The notes below the pieces were generated by a model, which made no database searches, was not told the DNA's origin, and worked only from the letters and a program-made list of their open reading frames with translations. The position numbers and the translations under genes were made by a program. From an uncultured Spirochaetota bacterium (GTDB lineage: Bacteria; Spirochaetota; Spirochaetia; SZUA-6; Fen-1364), in the NCBI GenBank assembly GCA_963781885.1, contig CAWAHW010000002.1:576001-640000 (forward strand): 64,000 nucleotides of DNA, written 5' to 3'. Shown here piece by piece: positions 10,085-19,880 of the stretch (the first letter of the stretch is position 1; each line of letters opens with the position of its first letter).

Positions 10085-11426
10085 TCATCTCATCATCGGA
10101 CCGAGGATCCCGCCGAGCCCGCCGTCCGGGGGGCCGCCGGGGCCCCCGGTCTGCTGCGCTGCCTGCGTGCTCGTGCTCGTCGCGGTGCCCGCGCTCTTTT
10201 TCGTCGTGACCACCTCCTGACCCTCGTCGAGTCCCGCGATGATCTGGGTCTTCGACCCGTCGGTTGCGCCGATCTGCACATCCCACGCCACGGCCTTGCC
10301 CCCGTCGATGATCGTCACCGTGCTCTCTCCGTTTGTTGTCTTGATTGCCGAGGCGGGGAGGGTGAGGACGTGGGTGAGGGACACCACGGCGATATCGGCA
10401 TCGGCATTCATGCCCCAGAGGAGCTCGCCATCGGGATTCGGCACCTCGATGGTGGCCGCGAACGTGGAGACATTGCTCGACGTCGTCGCTTTCAGATCCA
10501 TGGACTTCACCCTGCCCCTGAACTCCATGTTGGGAAAGGCAGATTGCGTGACCGAGACCGGCTGTCCGATCTTGACCGAGGGTGCGTCGTTCTCATTCAC
10601 CGCCGCAACGAGCAGCATGGGGCTCGGGTCGATGATGGAGGCAATGGCGGTGCCCGTGGTGACGATATCGCCGACCTCCACGTCGAGCTCCGCGACCGTG
10701 CCTGCCCGGGGTGAGCGGATGACCGTCGAGTCGAGGACGATCTTCGCCACTTGCCGGTTGTAGTCGGCCGTGGCGACCGCCGCCTCCTGTGCCTGCAGGC
10801 TTGCCGCGGTCGATTGGGCCTTCACGTTCGCGTAGGAAAGACGGGCGGATTCACATTCGGCCTTTGCCGTGGCGAGCGCCCGTTCCGCTTGCGTGAGCGT
10901 GCTCTTTGCCGCAAGTCCTTTGTCCGTCAACGCCTTCGTGCTGTCGTAGCTTTCCTGCGCGCTCGCCTCGGCGGCCTCTGCCGTTGCGAGCGTTGCCTCT
11001 GCCGCCGCGAGGTCCAGGCCCGCGGGCTTCGCCTCAAGGTTCGACAAGCGCGGCACGCTGCGACTGGTACGTCGCCTCGGCGCTCTTGAGGGCAAGATCG
11101 AGACCCGTGGGATCGATCTCCGCAATCGGCTGGTCCGCGGCCACCTTTTGGCCGACGGCGACGAACAGCCTCACGATCTTGCGCGTCGGCATATTGGAGT
11201 CGGGCCGTATGGTGATGCGGGTGGCCGGCTCGAGCTGACCCGATGCGCTCACCGTGGTCTGGATGTCCCCCCGCGTGACCTTGACCGTCGACACGGCAGC
11301 CTGCGTCGACCCGGTCTTCGCCGCGCCTGTGGAAGGGAAGAGCGTTCCCCGCAAGAACCAGAGTCCCACCCCTGCCACGACCAGTACGCAGGCCGCGATC
11401 AGAAGCCCCTTACCCCGCTTTTTCAT
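10085..11426 (-). CDS. MacA-like periplasmic adaptor (membrane fusion protein), split by a frameshift near 11040-11050
   Basis: The 5' ORF (TM anchor, VTRGDI..VSASG, lipoyl half) and 3' ORF (coiled coil, IRSPRAGTV, LLWGMNA, AGLDEGQEV) join into one adaptor protein. Confidence 0.85.
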
Positions 11427-11444
11427 GATTTCCTCCTTGATGAT

Positions 11445-12866
11445 CTAGTTTCCCAGCGCCGCATCCAGGGCGAGCGCGGCCAGCTGCGCGTCGCTCTTCG
11501 CATTGGCCAGGTTGACCTGCGCCGTGGTCAACGCCACGGAAGCAGTCAGGACGTCCAGGTTGGAAAGCACGCCGTTGGCGAACCGGAGCTGGGCAAGGTC
11601 GTCCTGGCTCTGCGCCAGCTCCATGCTCGCCTGCGCGAGATCCGCGCGGGCCCGCAGGTCGCGCAGCGACGAGACGGCGTTCTTCACGCCCGTGCTGATG
11701 CTGGCAACGAGCTTGTCCTGCTGGATCTTCAGCGCCTGATTCTGAAGCTGCGCTTGTTGCACCGCCGCTGCTGTGGCCCCCGCATCCAGGATGGGAAGGC
11801 TTAAGGTAAGCGCCGCCCCCCAGCCCGTGCTCGTGGAGACAGGGCTCGCCCAGCTCATGTTGAAATCCACCGACCCGTTGGCTTTCACGACCAGCGCGCC
11901 CTGGGCCTTCGCACGTGCTACGGAGATGTCAGCGGACGCGATGTTGAGCGCCGACTGCTTCAGCTCCGATCGCTGCGCCAGCGCCTTCTTCACCGCCTCC
12001 GCGACGTCCATCGTGGGAACGGCCACGTCCCCCACCTCGGCAACGTCGTACTGCCGATCGAGCGGCCAGCCCACGACGGCGGACAGGAGCTCGCGGTCGA
12101 TGCCCAGCGTGTCCTGCGCCTTCTGCAGGTCGAGGTCCGCCTGGGTCCGGTTGATCTGGGCCTGCCTCAGGTCGATCTGGCTGGCGCTCTGCGCGTCGTA
12201 GAGCGCCTGGGTCTTTCGGAGCTCTTCCACCCGCTGCGCGAGTGACTTTTTCAGTATGTCGATCTGCCTCTGCTGGGCGAGCAGCGTGTAGTAGGCCTGC
12301 TTCACCTGATAGACGATCGTCTTCTGGTTTGCATCCTCGCTGGACTGCGTGACCTGCAGGGCAAGGGAAGCCTGCTGGACGGTGGCGCTGCCGCTGCCCC
12401 TGGGGTAGCCATCCCAGAGGGTCGTGCTCGCTCCCAGGTGCAGCGTCGTGGACTGGTCGAGCGCGGAATCTTCCAGCAGCGTCTGCGACACGCTGGCGCT
12501 CAATGTGGAAGAGAGGGGGGCGCTCGCGGCGACGCCTGCATCCGCCGTGTCGTACGGGCTGCCGGCGATCGTGCCGTTGCTGCGCGTGGTGCCGGCTTCG
12601 GAATGGCTCACGCCGCCGGTTCCGCTGAGGCTGAACGAGTTTGCGGCGGCCGCGGCGTCGTATGTCGCCTGCGCGCTGCCCCGGGCAGCGCGGGAAGCCC
12701 TGATATCGGGTCCGTTGGCAAGCGCCTGATCGACGCACTGGGTGAGGGTCAGGCTGTCCGCGAATATCGGAAGGGAGAAGAAGAGCATCAGGACGACCAC
12801 GAGAGTCGTGACCCTCACCCCCTGCGTCGAGCGTGCGGTGAAGAGACCATGTGTCGTCTTCGTCAT
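11445..12866 (-). CDS. TolC family outer membrane efflux protein
   Basis: Signal peptide, LTLTQCVDQALANG, VKQAYY, LSLPILDAG, RFANG..SNLDVL; first gene of a tolC-macA-macB operon. Confidence 0.88.
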   Translation of the reverse strand: MTKTTHGLFTARSTQGVRVTTLVVVLMLFFSLPIFADSLTLTQCVDQALANGPDIRASRAARGSAQATYDAAAAANSFSLSGTGGVSHSEAGTTRSNGTIAGSPYDTADAGVAASAPLSSTLSASVSQTLLEDSALDQSTTLHLGASTTLWDGYPRGSGSATVQQASLALQVTQSSEDANQKTIVYQVKQAYYTLLAQQRQIDILKKSLAQRVEELRKTQALYDAQSASQIDLRQAQINRTQADLDLQKAQDTLGIDRELLSAVVGWPLDRQYDVAEVGDVAVPTMDVAEAVKKALAQRSELKQSALNIASADISVARAKAQGALVVKANGSVDFNMSWASPVSTSTGWGAALTLSLPILDAGATAAAVQQAQLQNQALKIQQDKLVASISTGVKNAVSSLRDLRARADLAQASMELAQSQDDLAQLRFANGVLSNLDVLTASVALTTAQVNLANAKSDAQLAALALDAALGN

Positions 12867-12872
12867 GGTCAG

Positions 12873-13002
12873 AATGTAGCGGGGTCGTTTCCAGAGTTGA
12901 TGAAGTCGGGGCAAAAGCTCTGTGAAACCCGGGTAAAGACTTCGTAAACTGTGCAAAACCACGGCCCCATGCCCTTGCGCATCGAGCCCTCGAGGGTACA
13001 TT
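12873..13002. promoter_or_regulatory. Divergent promoter region with 11-bp-period direct repeats (OmpR-family binding array)
   Basis: ATGAA/GCAAA/GTGAA/GTAAA/GTAAA start at 12900, 12911, 12922, 12933 and 12944; TACATT -10 boxes on both strands (12873-12878 minus, 12997-13002 plus). Confidence 0.65.
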
Positions 13003-13008
13003 GGGACC

Positions 13009-14778
13009 ATGACGAAAGGGGTCATGCAGCGGTCCGCGCCGATCCTCATCGCGATTCTCCTGCTGGCAGGAGGCGCCACGCTCGGCGTGCTGCAGGTGCG
13101 CTGGGTCGGCATCGCCTCCCGCGCGGAGGAGGAGCGCCTCCGTCGCGCGCTGGAGCTCGGGGCTGTACAGACGGCAGGGGATGCGGAGGAAGAGGTCCGG
13201 GTCATCCTGTCCCTGACGCGGATCTCTGCCGCCGACTTTGAGACGCAGAGCTGGAGCCAGATCGAGGCGGGCCTGGGCCTCTGGTACGCAAACGCCCGTT
13301 TCCCCGATCTGTTGCGCGCCTTCTCGATCGTGACCGACTCTCCTGCATCGGCGGTGCGCACCTATTCCCGGACCCAGGCCCGGCTGGTTGCCTCGGTGTT
13401 GCCCGCCGATGTCATGAAGGTGCTTTCCGAGGCGCAGTCCGCCGGAGCACGGTCCAACGGAGGGCAGCGATCGTGGCCTTCCGTCATGCTCGAGGCGAAC
13501 AGACGCATCATCGCGCTTCCCGTACCCGGCGCGGACAACCAGGGCGCCGCGTCAGCGGGTTTCGTCATCATCGAGCTGGACACGAGCGTGTTCTACGAAA
13601 AGGTCCTGCCGTACTTCGTCGCCGTCGACCTTGGTGATTTCCTCTATAGAATCGTTGCGTCGGACAAGACGGTTCTCGCGGAGTCCAGCGGCCCTTTCAC
13701 CAACCGGCAGCCCGAGACCGCCGTGGGCGTGAGCAGCCTGCCCGTGCTGGGGGGGCCCTTTCACGGGCAGGTGCCCGCCGCCCCCGGCGCGGGCTCGAAC
13801 GGCTCAATTTCCGTCGACCCTCTCCTCCAGTTGTGGCTGGAGAGGGCCTCGGGAGCCCAAAGCGCCCGGGTCATGCCGCCGGACATCGGATTCTCTAGTG
13901 ATGCGGAGGCCACCCTCCAGGTCTTCTACCCAAAGGCGAGCCTCGATGCCACGATGAAGCTGCGCCAGGCGCTCAACATCAGTATCAGCCTCGGCATCCT
14001 GTCCCTGCTCATCGTGAGCATGCTCGTGCTCTGGCGCCTGTACCGGCGGAGCCTCAGCCTCCGCGCGAGCGAGCAGGAATTCGTCGCCTCCATCAGTCAC
14101 GAGCTGCGCACCCCCATCTCCGTCATCCAGGCGACGTCGCAGAACCTTGCGCGCGGCGTGGTGAGCGACCCCGCCCGACAGCAGCGCTACGCGGAGGTGA
14201 TTCATGGCCAGATCAGGAGGCTGTCGGGCATGGTGGAAAGCATCCTCCTCTACGCCGGGCTCCAGTCGGGCAGAGGGCGGCCGCCCGGCCTGTCCGACAT
14301 CGACCTCCCCACATTCGTTCAGGACCTCTTTCAGCCCCTGTGGTACCTGGCCCAGGAGCGGGGCTCCCGGGTGAAGCTGGATACCGCGGGCATGCCGGCC
14401 CGCATCTGCTCCGACCGCGTGGCAATCGGGTTGATACTGGAGAACCTCGTGGTGAATGCCATCCGGCATGCGGATCCGGGCGAGATACGGGTGAGCATCA
14501 CGGCGACGGAGGGACGCATCCTGGTGATCGCAGTTGAGGACGATGGACCCGGTATCCCGGCGCGCGAGCAGTCCCGTGTCTTCGAGCCGTTCACGCGCGG
14601 AGAGCGCAGCGTGCGCGACCAGAAGCCGGGAAGCGGTCTCGGGCTGCATCTGGTCAAGCGCGTCACCGCGCTCCTGGGGGGGAAGGTGAGCCTCCAGAGC
14701 CCGTACCGGTCGGGAGCGCAGGGCGGGTGCAGATTCGTGGTGAGCCTGCCGTTCGAGGAGCCGAGCCGTGGCGACTAG
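13009..14778 (+). CDS. Membrane sensor histidine kinase
   Basis: Two TMs flanking a periplasmic domain; SHELRTP H-box, ENLVVNAIRH N-box, DDGPGI, FEPF, GSGLGL. Confidence 0.93.
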   Translation: MTKGVMQRSAPILIAILLLAGGATLGVLQVRWVGIASRAEEERLRRALELGAVQTAGDAEEEVRVILSLTRISAADFETQSWSQIEAGLGLWYANARFPDLLRAFSIVTDSPASAVRTYSRTQARLVASVLPADVMKVLSEAQSAGARSNGGQRSWPSVMLEANRRIIALPVPGADNQGAASAGFVIIELDTSVFYEKVLPYFVAVDLGDFLYRIVASDKTVLAESSGPFTNRQPETAVGVSSLPVLGGPFHGQVPAAPGAGSNGSISVDPLLQLWLERASGAQSARVMPPDIGFSSDAEATLQVFYPKASLDATMKLRQALNISISLGILSLLIVSMLVLWRLYRRSLSLRASEQEFVASISHELRTPISVIQATSQNLARGVVSDPARQQRYAEVIHGQIRRLSGMVESILLYAGLQSGRGRPPGLSDIDLPTFVQDLFQPLWYLAQERGSRVKLDTAGMPARICSDRVAIGLILENLVVNAIRHADPGEIRVSITATEGRILVIAVEDDGPGIPAREQSRVFEPFTRGERSVRDQKPGSGLGLHLVKRVTALLGGKVSLQSPYRSGAQGGCRFVVSLPFEEPSRGD

Positions 14779-15544
14779 GAAACCTGCAACCCGCCGCCCC
14801 GCGGCGACCGCGAAAAGGCCGGCGCGGCCGCGCGCACGCATCCTCGTGGTCGAAGACGAGGAAGGCCTGGTGCTCGCCCTGGAGGATGCCCTCCGCGGCG
14901 AGGGCTTCGAGGTGCGCGCCGCCACGGACGGCGTGAGCGGCCAGCGCGAGGCATCGACGGGCCGCCACGACCTTCTCATCCTCGACGTGATGCTCCCCGG
15001 CCGCGACGGATTCCAGGTCTGCCAGAACCTTCGCGCCGAGGGCGTCCGGATTCCCATCCTCATGCTGACGGCGCGCGGCACGACGATCGACATCGTCATG
15101 GGACTGCGCCTCGGCGCAGATGACTACCTCACGAAGCCCTTCGATACGCAGGTGCTCCTGGCGCGCGTCCAGGCGCTGCTCCGCCGCTCCACGGGTGCCG
15201 CGATGCCTTCCGGCGGGGAGGCGGAAGGCGCTGCCGAACCGGGCGTGCTGCGCTTCGGGGAGTTCAGCCTCGACACCGAGCGCATGCAGCTCCTCCGCGG
15301 CAACGAGCTGATTCCCCTCAACGTGCAGGAGTTCCGCCTCCTTGTCGTTTTTCTCCGGCACCCTGACCGTGTGCTGAGCAGGGACACGCTTCTTTCAGAA
15401 GCATGGGGCTACGACGCGGAAACGACGACGCGGACCGTGGACGTGCATATTGGATGGCTGCGGCAGAAGCTCGGGGAAAAGGATTTCCCCCGGCACCTCA
15501 TTACGGTGCGCGGCTTCGGCTACAAGCTCATTCTGAACCCGTGA
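14768..15544 (+). CDS. OmpR/PhoB family response regulator
   Basis: VVEDE, LDVMLP, LTA, DDYLTKPF, RTVDVHI, TVRGFGYK. Confidence 0.95.
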   Translation: MATRKPATRRPAATAKRPARPRARILVVEDEEGLVLALEDALRGEGFEVRAATDGVSGQREASTGRHDLLILDVMLPGRDGFQVCQNLRAEGVRIPILMLTARGTTIDIVMGLRLGADDYLTKPFDTQVLLARVQALLRRSTGAAMPSGGEAEGAAEPGVLRFGEFSLDTERMQLLRGNELIPLNVQEFRLLVVFLRHPDRVLSRDTLLSEAWGYDAETTTRTVDVHIGWLRQKLGEKDFPRHLITVRGFGYKLILNP

Positions 15545-15587
15545 CCGCCGGAGAGCGCGCCGGCGGCGGCCGGAGGTTCCTGACGCC

Positions 15588-16127
15588 ATGATCGCGCCTG
15601 TTCTCACAATCGCCTCCATCCTCGCGGGCTTCTACCTCGTCTTCTACGTCTTTTTTCCGCTCGGGCGGGGTGCCATCTACTTTCCCAGCACCCCCGAGAA
15701 GACCCTCCTCTTCGTGACACTGTTGCGGGTCTTGCCCGGGGAGAGGGCCGCGGACCTGGGCGCAGGAGACGGACGGGTCGTCATTGCGCTCGCGCAAAGC
15801 GGCGCCGAGGCGCATGGATTCGAGATAAACCCGGCCCTTGTGCTCATTGCGAAGCGGAACATCCGCCGCGCCGGTCTGCGCGGCAGGGCCTTCATCCACT
15901 GGAGGAGCTTCTGGCGCGCGGACCTTTCACGATTCGACGTGCTCACCGTCTTTCAGGGAAGCTTCATCATGAAGAGACTGGAGGCCAAGGTTCGCAGGGA
16001 GCTCTCACCCGGGGCGCGCATCGTCTCCGACTACTGGGGCTTTCCCACCATGGCACCGGAGAGCCTTCACGACACGGTCGTCTGCTATCGGATCCCCGAC
16101 GCCCCGTCAGCTACAGGACGCGGTTGA
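15588..16127 (+). CDS. Membrane-anchored class I SAM-dependent methyltransferase
   Basis: N-terminal TM, GAIYFPST, DLGAGDGR, GFEIN, PGARIVS. Confidence 0.8.
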   Translation: MIAPVLTIASILAGFYLVFYVFFPLGRGAIYFPSTPEKTLLFVTLLRVLPGERAADLGAGDGRVVIALAQSGAEAHGFEINPALVLIAKRNIRRAGLRGRAFIHWRSFWRADLSRFDVLTVFQGSFIMKRLEAKVRRELSPGARIVSDYWGFPTMAPESLHDTVVCYRIPDAPSATGRG

Positions 16128-17125
16128 ACCACGACAACGAGAGCAGCGCCATCATGAGCAGCAGGCCGCAGGCCACCGCCGTGAGGAGCGCGGTGATCTC
16201 CGTCTGCGACTTTTCCAGCTCCAGCCGCGAGCCGAGCGACCGGTAGATGCTGCGAAGCTCCCCGGCGCTGCTCGCCTTGTAGTAGCTGCCACCGGTGATC
16301 AGGGCGATCTTTCGAAGCGTCGGCTCGTCCAGGATGGCGTGAAACGAGAATCCTTCGAAACCGACCATGGCGCCTCCACGGGTGCCGACCCCGACGGTGA
16401 AAACGCGCACCCCGAGATTGGCCGCTTGCTCGGCCGCGTCGAGAGGGTCCGGACCCTGGTTGCTCTGGCCGTCGCTCAGGAGGACGATTGCCGCGCTCCT
16501 GTCGCTGCCGGGCGCGACGGCCGGTGTCTGCTGATCCGTCGCGGCGACCAGCGGCGCGTCCGCCGAATCCGCCGCATCGCTCGAAGGCTTTGGGAAAAGC
16601 GCCTCCAGCGCGGTGATGATCCCGCTCCCGATCGCCGTGAACATCTGCGGACGCAGCCTGTCGATGCCCTCCAGGACCTGTGTCTTGTCCGTGGTCGGCG
16701 GCTGGACGAGGAACGCCGATCCGCTGAAGGCGACGATGCCGACGCGCACGCCGCGCGGCTCGCCATTCACGAACGACGTTGCGGCATCCTTCACGGCTTC
16801 CATGCGGTTGGGCCTGATGTCCCTCGCCCTCATGCTCCCCGACACGTCGATCGACAGGATCACGGTCCCCCGGTTCGCGGGCAGCGTGATGGTCAGGGAG
16901 GGCCGCGACAGGGCAAGGATGCCGACCGTCACGCCAAGCAGGAACAGCACGGGAGGCGCGTGCCGGCGGAATCCGGGTCCCCGTCCCTGCGCGTCCTTCA
17001 CATCGGCAAATGTCGCATGGCGCCGCGCGATCCTTGCCCGACGTCTGCCGGGCAAGCAGATAGGCAATGACCAGGACGGGAATGAGCGCGAGCAGCCAGA
17101 GCATCCCGGGCCACGCGAAAGTCAT
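16111..17125 (-). CDS. BatA-like VWA domain membrane protein, frameshift near 17045-17055
   Basis: N-terminus MTFAWPGMLWLLALIP is in one frame; LSRP, MIDAS DVSGSM, TAIG, LLSDG, TGGSYY are in another. Confidence 0.82.
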
Positions 17126-17240
17126 GTCCCTCAAAAATACTTCGCCGGTGCGGAAATGGCAGGAAAGAAGAGCAAGTCACCACCGCGCGGGCAGGCTCAC
17201 GTGAAGACGGTGCGCCCCGGTCCGCGGGATCCGGGACGCG

Positions 17241-18038
17241 TCAGGCCTTGAGAGGTTTCAGGGCGCTGCGCACCGTCGAGGCGATGATGGCCGCTGCCAC
17301 CACCACGCCGCAGGCGACCGCCGCCACGAACACTACGTGGCTTGCAGGGGTCGCGTCAGCCGATCGCTTCAGGACGATTCCCGCCAGAGCCCAAAGCACC
17401 ACCAGACTGTAGCCCACGTCCCGCCGGGTCGCCAGGACTGCAACCGTGATGAGGGCCGCCACGATAATCACCGCAACCGTCCATACCTCCGGCCGCAGGC
17501 CGAAACCGTTCCAGCCCGCCTTCACCAGGAAAGCCGTCACGTCGGCAATCGTCGCAACGGTTATCCATCCGAGGTAGATGCTGAAGGGCACTCGGAAGAA
17601 CCACCTCTCCGCTCCGCCGGCGCGCGTGCGGCCCGTCCGCAGCCTCACGTAGACGGCGAGCAGCGACGCAAGGATCACCAGCATCGCCAGGACCGACACC
17701 CCGACCAACTGATAGTGCCACAGCAGAAGCCATGCGACATTGGCAGCCGATGACAGAGCAAACAGCCAGCCGATCTGCCGGGTCCCCTCGGGGACGGCCT
17801 GGCCGGCAGAAAACAGGCCGCGCGCCTGCGCAATCGTGAAAAGCAGGAGCAGGAGGTAGATCACGCCCCAGATCGAGAAAGTAAGCCCCGCGGGCACAAA
17901 GAGATTGGGGATGCTATCAGAGAGCGCGCCGGTGAGCCGACCGTTGATTCCGACCGTCGATGCGAGCGTGTTCACGACGAGGACAGCCAGGAAAGAGATG
18001 ATGTTGACAACCTGAATGATCTTCATGTTCGTTTTCAT
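17241..18038 (-). CDS. Tryptophan-rich multi-pass membrane protein (TspO/MBR-like)
   Basis: PAGLTFSIWGVIY, NVAWLLLW, PFSIYLGWITVATIA; about 8 TM helices. Confidence 0.8.
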   Translation of the reverse strand: MKTNMKIIQVVNIISFLAVLVVNTLASTVGINGRLTGALSDSIPNLFVPAGLTFSIWGVIYLLLLLFTIAQARGLFSAGQAVPEGTRQIGWLFALSSAANVAWLLLWHYQLVGVSVLAMLVILASLLAVYVRLRTGRTRAGGAERWFFRVPFSIYLGWITVATIADVTAFLVKAGWNGFGLRPEVWTVAVIIVAALITVAVLATRRDVGYSLVVLWALAGIVLKRSADATPASHVVFVAAVACGVVVAAAIIASTVRSALKPLKA

Positions 18039-18155
18039 GTCTCGAGAATACCATTGCCGTCCCGTTTCGGGCACTCCAAATCCGGCCCGGGTGAGAAAGG
18101 CGGCGTCAGCGCCGCCGATGCTTCCCGGGCCAAACGAGCCGTGATCCGCAGACGC

Positions 18156-19385
18156 CTAGAAGGCGAGGTCAAAAGCGGCGCTGATGGTGTAAGGGGAGCC
18201 GCTCGTCTTTGTTCCGGAAAAAGGATAGGCGAAGTACAGATTGAGGTCCGCCAGATCGAAAACATCTATGTAAATTCCTATTCCGGTGGACCCGAGAAAG
18301 CCGCTGGCCGTGTTGCTGGATTCCTGAAGATAGCCATTGTAGTAGGCGGTATCGACAAAGGCAAATAGTGCCGGCTCCAGGTCCCGCCATACGATCGCCG
18401 GGCCCACGACGCGCAGCTCCAGGTTGTTGATCAATTTCAGTCCGGTGGCGTAGTTTCCGTCATCCAGTCCATGAATCGTCGTGCTGTTTCCTGCGCGCAC
18501 GTATCTTCCGCCAAAGCTTTCAAAGACGAAGACGGGAACCGAGCTCCCGCCGGCATAGTCAACGCCGACATAGTCGGCAAGATACCCGCTTAGAAGGTTC
18601 ATGTTGGGGTCAGACGCGGTGGATTTGGCAAACAGCGTTTGATACAACTTGAGCGTCGCATTGAAGCGATAGTAGTCGGAGCCTCCGATCGTGTTGAAGA
18701 AAAAGCTCGGGCCCCATTCCGCGGACGCTTCGCCGTATATGCCCTGCTCCGTCTTGTGAACGGGGTCGACGGCAACCGTGTTCAGCGAGAGGCCGGCAAG
18801 CAGCGCGTTGGAAAGGATCTGGGTCTTGTCGGGGAAGGTGGAATCGTTGAGAAGCGAAGACTGCTGGCCCCATTCTGTCGATACGGAGTTGTAGTCGTAG
18901 TGGACCCTGTAGAAAAGAAAGCCCTCCAGGAGGTTTCTTTTTTGGCCCGGGTTCCACAAAATGCCTTGACGGATGCCAATGTCATTGACGAACTCGGCCT
19001 GATCGTAGGTCGTCGGTGAGTTTCCCCCGCTCGTCGGGCCCAGGATGTTGACAAAACCGGTCTGCGTGTAGCTCGCCGATGTGTTTCCTCCCGTAAAGGG
19101 GCCCGTGTAGTGGCTTCCATCGGGATTGACGTAGAAATTGTTTGACTGCCAACCGGCTCCCGGGTCATCTTCAATGATTGTGTCCAGCCCCGGTATCAGC
19201 CGCATGCCCGCATAGAGGATGTCGATGCTCGCGCCTGAGGGCACGAACCCATCCAGCCAATAGGCATAGAGTCCATACCCCGTGAATGTCCACGTTCCGG
19301 TGGGGGTCGTGGATTGCGCGAACGCGGTGGCGCCGCCAAGGCACAGAAGGATCGCCAACACGCAGGCGGATGTCGTGCGCTTCAT
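18156..19385 (-). CDS. Outer membrane beta-barrel protein, Omp85/BamA-TamA barrel-like without POTRA domains
   Basis: Signal peptide (..ATAFA-Q), amphipathic strands, NNLELR, FAFVD, GSTGIG, terminal Phe (AFDLAF); GGAGG RBS; visibly lower GC than flanks. Confidence 0.65.
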   Translation of the reverse strand: MKRTTSACVLAILLCLGGATAFAQSTTPTGTWTFTGYGLYAYWLDGFVPSGASIDILYAGMRLIPGLDTIIEDDPGAGWQSNNFYVNPDGSHYTGPFTGGNTSASYTQTGFVNILGPTSGGNSPTTYDQAEFVNDIGIRQGILWNPGQKRNLLEGFLFYRVHYDYNSVSTEWGQQSSLLNDSTFPDKTQILSNALLAGLSLNTVAVDPVHKTEQGIYGEASAEWGPSFFFNTIGGSDYYRFNATLKLYQTLFAKSTASDPNMNLLSGYLADYVGVDYAGGSSVPVFVFESFGGRYVRAGNSTTIHGLDDGNYATGLKLINNLELRVVGPAIVWRDLEPALFAFVDTAYYNGYLQESSNTASGFLGSTGIGIYIDVFDLADLNLYFAYPFSGTKTSGSPYTISAAFDLAF

Positions 19386-19499
19386 TGATACCTCCATTGA
19401 TGGAACTGTCTGCGGGGACTATATCACTCATTGGTCTGGCGCGCGATGCCCTGATTGCGGGAAAAAGACAGGTTGTTCTCAAGCGGCGGGATTAAGGAA

Positions 19500-19574
19500 T
19501 CGGGCTGGGCGGATTTGAACCGCCGACCCCTTGCACCCCAAGCAAGTACGCTAAACCAACTGCGCTACAGCCCG
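19500..19574 (-). tRNA. tRNA-Pro(GGG)
   Basis: Reverse complement CGGGCTGTAGCGCAG...CTTGC-TTGGGGT-GCAAG...GGTTCAAATCC...CAGCCCGA folds as a cloverleaf; CCA not encoded. Confidence 0.95.
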
Positions 19575-19880
19575 ATTTCGGCCTGCAATCTACCACCCGC
19601 ACCGGGGCATGTCAAGTTGCGGCGCGCGCGGCGGCCCACGCGGATCGCGTGGCAGGGCGGCAAAGGCCTCCATGCGGGCCTTGGCTTTGACCAATGTCTG
19701 ATGTAGTCATTTATTGACTACCTATCTTATGCTTGCCTCCCTCACCGGAATCCTCTGGCCTGGCCTCAACCGAGACCGGCAAAGCTGCGTTGCGCATCCC
19801 GCGCGGTGACCGTGCTCCGCACCGGCCCGGCATCGCGCGCGTGGCTTGAAGCGACGCTCTGCTTCCGATACTTTTTCCGC

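Noticed and set aside
11034-11125. Programmed frameshift or selenocysteine readthrough in the macA-like gene and other split genes
   Set aside because: The breaks are frame changes rather than in-frame TGA codons, with no consistent slippery site, and they occur in unrelated genes.
12867-13361. N-terminal extensions of track ORFs (tolC to 13361; also argR to 27152, argD to 24660, A2M to 49845)
   Set aside because: They overlap divergent genes or promoters; downstream starts fit the signal peptides, RBS or -10 positions better.
16085-19574. Integrative element at tRNA-Pro
   Set aside because: No integrase, no visible duplicate of the tRNA 3' end, and no mobility genes; only a compositional shift in one gene.
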